The position numbers and the translations under genes are program-made. A stretch of 64,000 nt of DNA from Candidatus Falkowbacteria bacterium (GTDB lineage: Bacteria; Patescibacteriota; Patescibacteriia; Patescibacteriales; UBA12075): the NCBI GenBank assembly GCA_003514005.1, contig DOSJ01000006.1:66281-130280 (forward strand), in the 5' to 3' direction. This document shows positions 36,018-43,728 of the stretch, piece after piece (positions within the stretch are counted from its first letter, which is position 1; each line of letters begins with the position of its first letter). The notes below the pieces were generated by a model. That model was not told the DNA's origin. It was given only the letters and a program-made list of their open reading frames with translations, and ran no database searches.

Positions 36018-38009
36018 ATGAAAAAAATTGGTTTATCATTTTTTATCGTATTTGCGTTATTGTTAAACTGTAAATTTGCGCTAGCTGAGATCTGGTATAA
36101 CCAAATGCTGGAAACAAGCGTAAATAACGAAAATAATATTTCAAGTCTTGAGATAAATTTTTCGTTGACACCGATGTATGAAAAAAAATACGCCAAAGAC
36201 CCTAAAACAGGAAAGGGCCTTGTAATTATCGAGTATTATGAAACAACATTCCCAAAAAGAAATTATTGGATACAGTCAAACGAAAATAAAGGACCGATTG
36301 AAAAAATTTCCGTTGTTCATTTTACAAACAATATTGCTCGAACGGTGTTTCGCGTAAAAGAGGGCTGGGATATTGATATTAATCAGTCGGAGAAAAAGTT
36401 AACTCTAACCGCAGTATCAAAAAATCAAAAACCCGAAAAAAAGATAGCGCATAAAACGCGAAATTTAAATCTTATACCAAAAAAACAGACCGAAAAAATC
36501 AATTCAGTAAAAACAACAGACGCCGAAGAGAAAGTACCCGTTGCAAAACAAATAAATTTGGCAGATGACAATAAGTCACCACAAAAAATTGAAACAATTC
36601 AAACATTATCTCCACAACAACCAATTGAAAAATCAGAAATAACCGAAAACGAAAAAACTAATCAAGTAACAGAATCCAAAGATGCTTTTTCAAAATCTTC
36701 TGGAATGCCAAGCCTAGATGGAAAAATCAGCTCAACCTATTATCAAGCATTTGACAATAAAGAAACCGACCATGATTCGTATTTTAACGCAAAGCTTAGC
36801 TTGGGCGGTAAATATGATTATGAAACCCCGCTCCTGGATAAACTTCAGTTTACTCTAAGGAGTGATATTCAATACAACAATCTGTGGCCGAATAATCGGA
36901 TAGAAAAAACTGATATTGAATTATCCAATGCATCGGCATATCTACGGAAAGGAAATTGGCAAATTGAAACCGGATTGTTTCCGAAACAATTGGGCGAAGT
37001 TGCCAAAATCCGGACTATGACAGATAGTCTTTGTCCGCGGGATAATCGCTTTTTCGGCTTAAGCGACGAGGAAGCGACAATGGCGAGTTTGATGACAACA
37101 ATCACTTATTCCCAAGATGAAAAATGGTCGCTTATGGCCTTTTTCAAACCTTGGGAAGACCATGATAAAATGCATTTTTTTGACGGTCAAACGGCAATTT
37201 ACGGCAATTTCAAGCAAGAGATCAAGGACTTCGGCCTACCGCCTGTGATAGACCAATACATTCAAAATATTTCAGTCGAAAAGCAAAAAGAAAAAAGCGA
37301 TTTCGGCTTTGTATTTGGGTTTGATCCTGTTGATTGGTTAAATTTAAACATTGCCTATCAACACGGATACAACGATCAACCATTCATATCCCGTTTTCCA
37401 ATTCAGGGACTGCAAGTAAACGACAAAGGAAAATTTGATTTGGCGCAATTGGGCGCGATAACCCTAGATCCGGCTAACAAGGTAATAGCGGATTATCCGG
37501 AATTCAATCAATTTTCCACTTTTGGTACAATAGAAATCGGTGAAAGATTATTTCGGTATGAGTTCGCGCATCGCGATAACCTGCCATACCTATGCAAAGA
37601 TTTACAATCAGAACTGCACGCTACCACCCAAGCTGTACTTGGGTTAGAAGAAGATACTGACTATGGATTATTTACAGGTTATATGTTATATACATATATT
37701 CATGGCAGTGATAATAACCTGCTTTTTTCACGCAAAAGCACCCCTCAACTAGCATTGGGATGGGAAAAAGGCTTTCTTGACGAAAATATCAAGACGGAAA
37801 TTGGAATTATTTCCGCGCTTGACGAATATGAATACGCAGCCAGAAGTGAAGTAACTTTCAAAGTGGCAAATCTTTTAGACTATCGTGACGGTTTTTTAAA
37901 GGATATTGATGTATCATTATTTTGCGAAAAAAATGACGGAGCAAAAAACACTCTTCTTGGCTCACGCAAAGAAACAAGATTGGGTCTAATATTTTCAAAA
38001 ACTTTTTAA
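36018..38009 (+). CDS. secreted AMIN-like domain protein with C-terminal putative beta-barrel (DUF1302-like)
   Basis: Signal peptide ...CKFALA. GGAGGTG SD. AMIN pattern (INFSLTPMYE...ISVVHFTNNIARTVFRVKE), then a charged linker. The ~430-aa C-terminal region has alternating hydrophobic strands, the motif ASAYLRKGNWQIETGLFPKQLGE....D..CPRD, and a terminal ...RLGLIFSKTF. Confidence 0.6.
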   Translation: MKKIGLSFFIVFALLLNCKFALAEIWYNQMLETSVNNENNISSLEINFSLTPMYEKKYAKDPKTGKGLVIIEYYETTFPKRNYWIQSNENKGPIEKISVVHFTNNIARTVFRVKEGWDIDINQSEKKLTLTAVSKNQKPEKKIAHKTRNLNLIPKKQTEKINSVKTTDAEEKVPVAKQINLADDNKSPQKIETIQTLSPQQPIEKSEITENEKTNQVTESKDAFSKSSGMPSLDGKISSTYYQAFDNKETDHDSYFNAKLSLGGKYDYETPLLDKLQFTLRSDIQYNNLWPNNRIEKTDIELSNASAYLRKGNWQIETGLFPKQLGEVAKIRTMTDSLCPRDNRFFGLSDEEATMASLMTTITYSQDEKWSLMAFFKPWEDHDKMHFFDGQTAIYGNFKQEIKDFGLPPVIDQYIQNISVEKQKEKSDFGFVFGFDPVDWLNLNIAYQHGYNDQPFISRFPIQGLQVNDKGKFDLAQLGAITLDPANKVIADYPEFNQFSTFGTIEIGERLFRYEFAHRDNLPYLCKDLQSELHATTQAVLGLEEDTDYGLFTGYMLYTYIHGSDNNLLFSRKSTPQLALGWEKGFLDENIKTEIGIISALDEYEYAARSEVTFKVANLLDYRDGFLKDIDVSLFCEKNDGAKNTLLGSRKETRLGLIFSKTF

Positions 38010-38030
38010 CGCAGAAAAGGCTGCAAACAA

Positions 38031-38060
38031 AAAAACAGGACTAAAAACAGTCCTGTTTTA
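38031..38060 (+). terminator. intrinsic terminator
   Basis: acaggac-taaaaaca-gtcctgt + TTT. Flank homologous to 34829-34890. Confidence 0.7.
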
Positions 38061-38084
38061 AATTTGAAAAAAAATCAAAATTTC

Positions 38085-38846
38085 CTAAATTCCGTATTCA
38101 TCAACTACAACCACTTTTTTCCCCTCCAATATTCCATACAAAAATACATCAGTAATATCACGGCGGTATTTATATTCTTTAAAATCCATAATCGTATAAT
38201 TAATCTCGCGATCAAGCTCGCCTTCCAGCTCTTTAATATGCATTAGCAATTTATCTTTGTGTACCCGTCCGACCATAAAAAGATCAACCGGAGAGGAATC
38301 ATTGCTTACAAAAAATCCGGTTAATATCAAAAGCTTTATACTACCGGCAGACTGAAGTTTGTCGATAAAATCTTTTTCATACAAAATCTGAGCCTTCATA
38401 ATCAAGGCTTTAATCTCGTGATAAAGTACAAAATTCGTATTTGCCTGATAATATTTCTTGTCGGTTTTTAATGCGGCGGTCTTATCGATTTTTTCATTGC
38501 TTTTTTTCGCTTGCTTATTTTCCGACCCATTATTCAAAAATTCTTCTATCGAACTTGGCTCCTCAATATTTGCCTCCATATCGGATATGTCCGAAGTTAA
38601 AATCCCAAAAGACTCCAGATTCTCAAGCTCTCGGCGTACGGAATTTAATTGCAAAGACAAATCACGCGCCAATTGTCGGATATAGTATTTTTCATTTGGG
38701 TGCAGAATGAATAATTTCAAAATCTTGATTCTTGCGGTAGATCCAAACAATTTACTAAGCATAAATTTGCTTTTCTCCTTTTTTTCTTTTTTTTCTTTTT
38801 TTGGTTTTATTATTTTTTTCATTATCTCGTCTATTGAATTATACAC
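38085..38846 (-). CDS. winged-helix (ArsR-like) transcriptional regulator with C-terminal alpha/beta domain
   Basis: LFGSTARIKILKLFILHPNEKYYIRQLARDLSLQLNSVRRELENLESFGILTS. A K/E-rich N-extension means the true start may be the internal Met (MLSKLFG). Confidence 0.6.
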   Translation of the reverse strand: MYNSIDEIMKKIIKPKKEKKEKKEKSKFMLSKLFGSTARIKILKLFILHPNEKYYIRQLARDLSLQLNSVRRELENLESFGILTSDISDMEANIEEPSSIEEFLNNGSENKQAKKSNEKIDKTAALKTDKKYYQANTNFVLYHEIKALIMKAQILYEKDFIDKLQSAGSIKLLILTGFFVSNDSSPVDLFMVGRVHKDKLLMHIKELEGELDREINYTIMDFKEYKYRRDITDVFLYGILEGKKVVVVDEYGI

Positions 38847-38916
38847 CTATATTTAGTATAATAATTTATAAGATTATTGTCAAAGTGAATTATTAAATAG
38901 GACTGAAATACTTCAA

Positions 38917-39019
38917 GTTTTCTTGGCTTTTTATTTTTTTTATCGGGAAGCAGCATCTTTAATAAATTTTGTTATAGAGGCATTGCAAGGAGATAAAAAA
39001 AATAAAAAGCCAAGAAAAC
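38917..39019 (+). ncRNA. 103-nt hairpin element, copy 1 (candidate structured RNA or MITE)
   Basis: 25-nt arms are perfectly complementary (gttttcttggctttttatttttttt / aaaaaaaataaaaagccaagaaaac). They enclose the conserved core atcgggaagcagcatcttt...ggcattgcaaggagat. Ends 30 nt upstream of the 39050 ATG. Confidence 0.5.
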
Positions 39020-39049
39020 AAGTGGCAAAAAACATAAGCCATGATGTAA

Positions 39050-41356
39050 ATGAACTATAAACTTGCGCAATTATTATTAAGCCCTGGAAAAAACGCTAAT
39101 AGCATTAGCGAAATTTTTGTTGCGCAAATCGATAATCACAAGGAATTTTTGGCAGGCAAGCTCTTTATTCTTTTAGAAATCGGCAAAAACGATTCCGCTT
39201 CCATTAAAATCGCTAATTTTCTGATTGACAGCCTAAATCACAATTATTATCAAAGCGAAAAAATATTACTGCGCGAAAAAATATCAACCCTAAAAGTTGA
39301 ACATATTTTTGAAGCCGCTCTGGCCAAAACCAATAAAAATTTCAAAGACTATTTGGATAATGGTAAAATCAGTATCTCAAACAAAGACATAAACATTAGC
39401 GCCGGCGTGATTCATGGCGACGCAATCTATTTGAGCAGTGCCAATAAAAACAAGGCTTTTTTAATTTTTCCCGATACCGGCGATAAAAAAAATACAACCG
39501 ACAACGTATCTACTTCAACAAATTACAAGATAATCGACATAATCAAGCAATCCGACAAAAAAGAAAAAAACCAAAAAACAACAGAACCTGACGATAAATT
39601 ATTTTCAGACGTAATCAGCGGTGAAATTCCGCCGCAATCATATTTTTTTATCACAAACGAGGCTTTACCCGAATATTTATCCAAAAATCAAATCATCCAA
39701 ACCATAACCATCCTGCCGCCAGTAAGCGCGGTCGAGCAGATCAAGCAGACATTAGCGAATATAAATTCCTACGTCTCTTTTGCCGGCCTGATCATCAAAG
39801 GCGCTAACTTCCCTTCTGTAAGTGAAAAAAAACAATTGCCAAAAACACCCAATGTCCGCGACTCGATCGTAAACCTAAACCAAACCGAAGATACGACTGA
39901 ACAACTGCTCGCGCCCTCCGGCATAATCAATGTAAAAAAATGGCTTAGCCTTTTTTTCGGTTGGCTAGGTTCGGCCAATGCCAATCGCGCAAAAAACTCC
40001 ACATATTCCCTGGCGATAAAAGACAAGATTTTTGTCAAACGCAACTCGGTGTTTTTTGCGAAAAACAATGTTTTAAAAAAACTAAAAAACTTTTTTGTCT
40101 ATATTGCCAATATTATTTTTTTTACATTCAAAACATTTAGCACAAAAAAGGATTTTTCCGCTTTTGCCAAAAATTTAAAAAATATTTTTTTCAACCTGCT
40201 TTTATTTATTCCCAAAAAAATATCAAGCCTGAATTTTAAAAGCAAGACATTGCTTGCGATTGTTTTTACGGTTTTAGTGATTTTATCAATCAATATTTAT
40301 AGCCAAAAAAACAAAAAAGAACTTAGCGAGGCTGAAAAAAATTATTCCGAAATAAGCTCACTGATTGAACAAAAGCAAAACCAAGCCGAAGCCAATATTC
40401 TTTTTAACAATGATGACGGTGCCAAAAAACTATATGAAGAAATCAAACAGCTTATGGATCAACTGCCGCAAAAAACCGATGAGCAAACCAAAAAATATTC
40501 TGAATTTGAAGATAAATATGATATTTTTTTGGAAAAAATCCGACGCGTAACCCGTTTGGAAAATTTAGAAGAAATAGCGAACTTCTCCAATCTTTCCCAA
40601 TCGGCAAGTGTTGATAATATTATTTTTCTGGAAAAAGAAAAGAAAATTTACGCAGGCGATTCATCGCAAAAATCAATTTATATTCTTGATACAGAAGACA
40701 AGCTAACAACCGCCCTTACCAATCTGGAACAACCGTATTCCGCTTTTCTGTACCCGACTTTTTTTAATGACAAGGAAATTTATTATTATAGCAACAATAA
40801 TCAACTGGCAAAAGTCAACATAGCAGACGATAAGCTTGGCGCTATAAATGCAAATTTTGGCACTGCCGCTATCTCTGATTTGGAAAATTTTAATAACAAT
40901 TTATACGCGTTGGACAGCGGCGCAAAGCAGATCTATCGCCATACAATCAGCAACTCCGTATTATCAACCCCCTATTCCTGGATCCAAGGAGAAGCAGATT
41001 TTGAAAAAGCAATTGATTTTACAATCGACGGCAGTGTGTATTTACTGGTTGAAAACGGCCGAGTTATAAAATATCTGCGTGGCGCCAAACAAGATTTTGC
41101 GCTCAAATCCGTTGAACCGGAGCTAAAAAACCCGACAAAAATATTTACATCCAAAGACATAAATTCAATCTATATCCTTGAGCCAAGCGAAAGTCGAATT
41201 GTTGTTTTTGATAAAGAAGGCCTTTTCTTAATGCAATATCAAGACAAGAATTTGAAAAATCTCAAAGACTTTATTATAGACGAAAAGAACAAAGTATTAT
41301 ATTTACTAAACGACAACACGGTTTACAAACACACACTAAATCATTTAGTCAAATAA
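39050..41356 (+). CDS. large hypothetical membrane protein (N-domain, TM segments, coiled coil, C-terminal repeat/propeller-like region)
   Basis: 768-aa uninterrupted ORF. Hydrophobic helices around residues 345-415. Coiled coil EAEKNYSEISSLIEQKQNQAE. No family recognised. Confidence 0.55.
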   Translation: MNYKLAQLLLSPGKNANSISEIFVAQIDNHKEFLAGKLFILLEIGKNDSASIKIANFLIDSLNHNYYQSEKILLREKISTLKVEHIFEAALAKTNKNFKDYLDNGKISISNKDINISAGVIHGDAIYLSSANKNKAFLIFPDTGDKKNTTDNVSTSTNYKIIDIIKQSDKKEKNQKTTEPDDKLFSDVISGEIPPQSYFFITNEALPEYLSKNQIIQTITILPPVSAVEQIKQTLANINSYVSFAGLIIKGANFPSVSEKKQLPKTPNVRDSIVNLNQTEDTTEQLLAPSGIINVKKWLSLFFGWLGSANANRAKNSTYSLAIKDKIFVKRNSVFFAKNNVLKKLKNFFVYIANIIFFTFKTFSTKKDFSAFAKNLKNIFFNLLLFIPKKISSLNFKSKTLLAIVFTVLVILSINIYSQKNKKELSEAEKNYSEISSLIEQKQNQAEANILFNNDDGAKKLYEEIKQLMDQLPQKTDEQTKKYSEFEDKYDIFLEKIRRVTRLENLEEIANFSNLSQSASVDNIIFLEKEKKIYAGDSSQKSIYILDTEDKLTTALTNLEQPYSAFLYPTFFNDKEIYYYSNNNQLAKVNIADDKLGAINANFGTAAISDLENFNNNLYALDSGAKQIYRHTISNSVLSTPYSWIQGEADFEKAIDFTIDGSVYLLVENGRVIKYLRGAKQDFALKSVEPELKNPTKIFTSKDINSIYILEPSESRIVVFDKEGLFLMQYQDKNLKNLKDFIIDEKNKVLYLLNDNTVYKHTLNHLVK

Positions 41357-41362
41357 ACCCAC

Positions 41363-41420
41363 AAAAAAAATACATGTCTTTCGTCATGTATTTTTTTAAT
41401 TGCTTAATACTTAATACTAT
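41363..41420. terminator. bidirectional terminator plus conserved gcttaatacttaatactat module
   Basis: aaaaaaaatacatg-tctttcgt-catgtattttttt, then aattgcttaatacttaatactat. The same module follows the terminator at 52033-52095. Confidence 0.7.
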
Positions 41421-41425
41421 TAACT

Positions 41426-43234
41426 TTAAACTTTATTATCTATCTTCATCATAATCTCCGCAATAAAATCTTCTCTCGGCACTTCCCGCATCTGGTCGCT
41501 TCCGCGATTACGAATAGAAAGATTGTCAGAGTTCATTTCTTTGTCGCCAATAACGAGCATATACGGCACTTTTTCCTTTACAGCCTTGCGGATTTTGTTA
41601 CCTACTGTTTCGTCACTTGCGTCAACGCTTACCCTAAAACCGCTTGAACGGAAATCATCGGCAAGTTTTAAGCAATACTCTACGTGTTTTTCGCTTACTG
41701 CTACAAGCTTAATTTGGATCGGTGATATCCAAACCGGAAAAGCGCCGGCATAGTGTTCTATCAGTAAAGCTAAAAATCTTTCAAATGATCCGAATAACGC
41801 ACGGTGCAAAACATATGGCCGTTCATCTTCGCCTTTATTATTTGTATAATTCATATCAAACCGTTCCGGCAGATTAAAATCAAACTGTAATGTCGAGCAT
41901 TGCCATTCTCTACCGATTACATCTTTAAGCTTGAAATCCAGTTTTGGTCCATAGAAAGCCGCTTCGCCTTCTTCTTCGACAAAATTCAATTCTTTATCAG
42001 TCGCAACTTTTCTTAATACATTCTCGGTAAAATCCCAGCCCTCGTCATTGCCGGCATATTTCTCTTTGTTTTTTGGATCACGCAAAGAAAGGTAAACATT
42101 AATCGTTTTTGTATCAAACCCAAAGGATTGGAAAATAAACAAGATAAAATCAACAACTCTTTTCAACTCATACTCCACTTGATCGGCACGACACATTATA
42201 TGCGCATCGTCTTGTGTAAATCCCCTGACTCTGGTCAAGCCGGACAACTCGCCTTTTTTTTCAAACCGATATACGGTACCGCATTCTGCCCAGCGCATCG
42301 GAAAATCGCGATAAGACTTGGGACTGCTTTTGAATATTTGTACATGAAATGGGCAATTCATCGGCTTTAATAAAAATTCTTCCGATTCTTTTATTTTTTC
42401 ACTTTTTTGTCTATCTTCAAGAGTTTGCCCGATTTCGATTGGCGGATACATGCTCGAATTATAAAAACCCCAATGCCCTGATGTTTCCCAAAGGATACGG
42501 TTGCCAATATGCGGCGACCTGACCAATTCATAACCGCCTTTCAAATGCTCTTTGTACCAAAAATCTTCCACCAAGCGCCAAAGCATAGCTCCGCGCGGAT
42601 GCCACAAAGGCAGACCAAGTCCGACCTTGTCGTCAATATGAAATAGATCCATCTCTTTGCCCAATTTACGATGATCCCTTTTTTCCGCTTCGGCAATCAT
42701 TTTAATATACTCATCCAATTCCTCCTTGGTCAAAAATGCCAAACCATAAATTCTGGTTAACATTTTATTTTTTTCATCACCACGCCAATAGGCTCCGGCC
42801 AATTTGTTCAACATGAAAATATCTTGCTTTATTTTTCCGCTGGCTTCCAAATGCGGTCCGCGGCACAGGTCTTCAAAATTACCAAGCTTATAATAACTAA
42901 CGCTAGTCTCCCCCGCAGCTTTTAAATCCTTAATTAATTCTTCTTTATAAATCTGCCCGGATGCTTTTTCTTTTGCAATCGCCTCGTCAATAGCCATTTC
43001 CGTGCGTTCAAACTTTAGACCTTGCTTGATAATATGCTTCATCTTTTTCTCGATTGCGCCAAGATCTTCTTCGCCGATTTTGATTTCGCCAAAATCAATA
43101 TCATAATAAAATCCGGTCTCAATAGCCGGCCCAATCGCAAATTTTACATCCGGCCACAGCTCTTTTATCGCCGCCGCCATGACATGTGACAATGAGTGGC
43201 GTAGTGTTTCTAGGTTGTTGTTTTGTTGATCCAT
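41426..43234 (-). CDS. thrS: threonyl-tRNA synthetase (lacks N-terminal TGS domain)
   Basis: Starts at the editing-domain motif LRHSLSHVMAAAIKELWP..AIGPAIETGFYYD. Has a class II core and anticodon-binding domain. 602 aa. Confidence 0.95.
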   Translation of the reverse strand: MDQQNNNLETLRHSLSHVMAAAIKELWPDVKFAIGPAIETGFYYDIDFGEIKIGEEDLGAIEKKMKHIIKQGLKFERTEMAIDEAIAKEKASGQIYKEELIKDLKAAGETSVSYYKLGNFEDLCRGPHLEASGKIKQDIFMLNKLAGAYWRGDEKNKMLTRIYGLAFLTKEELDEYIKMIAEAEKRDHRKLGKEMDLFHIDDKVGLGLPLWHPRGAMLWRLVEDFWYKEHLKGGYELVRSPHIGNRILWETSGHWGFYNSSMYPPIEIGQTLEDRQKSEKIKESEEFLLKPMNCPFHVQIFKSSPKSYRDFPMRWAECGTVYRFEKKGELSGLTRVRGFTQDDAHIMCRADQVEYELKRVVDFILFIFQSFGFDTKTINVYLSLRDPKNKEKYAGNDEGWDFTENVLRKVATDKELNFVEEEGEAAFYGPKLDFKLKDVIGREWQCSTLQFDFNLPERFDMNYTNNKGEDERPYVLHRALFGSFERFLALLIEHYAGAFPVWISPIQIKLVAVSEKHVEYCLKLADDFRSSGFRVSVDASDETVGNKIRKAVKEKVPYMLVIGDKEMNSDNLSIRNRGSDQMREVPREDFIAEIMMKIDNKV

Positions 43235-43262
43235 ATAAATTTAAATGAATTAATTAATATTT

Positions 43263-43396
43263 TGTCATTCCCGCGCAGGCGGGAATCTTGGTTAAAAAAT
43301 AACAAATTATTTTTACTATACGTGTTTAATAAAATCATTATATGTTATTTATATTTATCTATCGCAACACCGAGATTCCCGCCTGCGCGGGAATGA
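43263..43396 (+). repeat. MITE-like hairpin repeat, copy 5 (type A)
   Basis: tgtcattcccgcgcaggcgggaatcttggt ... caccgagattcccgcctgcgcgggaatga. Lies between the T-box terminator and the thrS ATG. Confidence 0.9.
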
Positions 43397-43508
43397 AAGG
43401 TAGTAGCGCTTTATTTCAAAAAAACAAAAGCTTCTTCGAGCCTCAAACTATAATATTTATTTTCTAAACAATTAGACATTAGACAATATAATTTAGATAT
43501 TTTTTATT

Positions 43509-43692
43509 AAAAAACCCCCTCCTGGTGTATCAAAAAATTTTCAATACACCGGGACGAGGTTAATCGCGGTTCCACCCGGTTTCTCTGATACAATATCAGA
43601 GCACTTTTTTATTATCAAACAAAACTTAGTTCTGCTTTCGCAAAATATTTATACAACATCACGGTTGGTAGCCGTAACAATCGTTTATTTGA
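43509..43692 (-). promoter_or_regulatory. T-box riboswitch leader (Thr, candidate specifier ACU) with intrinsic terminator
   Basis: Minus strand reads AAACCGGGUGGAACCGCGAUUAACCUCGUCCCGG, with the T-box GGGUGGAACCGCG at 43565-43577. Terminator ACCUCGUCCCGGUGUAU...AUACACCAGGAGGGGGU + U6 (43509-43560). Stem III CUCUGAUA/UAUCAGAG. GAACUAA sits above a basal helix AUCAAAUAAAC/GUUUUGUUUGAU (ACU at 43628-43630). Confidence 0.75.
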
Positions 43693-43699
43693 TATTTAT

Positions 43700-43728
43700 A
43701 TATTATTCCAAAATTCAAAAAATGTCAA
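43700..43728 (-). promoter_or_regulatory. sigma70-like promoter of the thrS leader
   Basis: Minus strand: TTGACA (43723-43728), 17 nt spacer, TAATAT (43700-43705). The -35 overlaps the stop codon of the upstream GT2 gene. Confidence 0.6.

Noticed and set aside
35954-36196. 80-aa minus-strand ORF overlapping the 5' UTR hairpin and the start of the AMIN/barrel gene
   Set aside because: It overlaps a plus-strand gene that has a strong SD and signal peptide, and its sequence is low complexity.
38941-38960. SRP (4.5S) RNA, because the 103-nt hairpin core contains GGGAAGCAGC, reminiscent of the SRP domain IV GGAAGCAGC
   Set aside because: The motif is on the wrong side of the hairpin relative to a GNRA apical loop. 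The element is present twice 12 kb apart, and the rest of the conserved SRP helix 8 pattern is absent.
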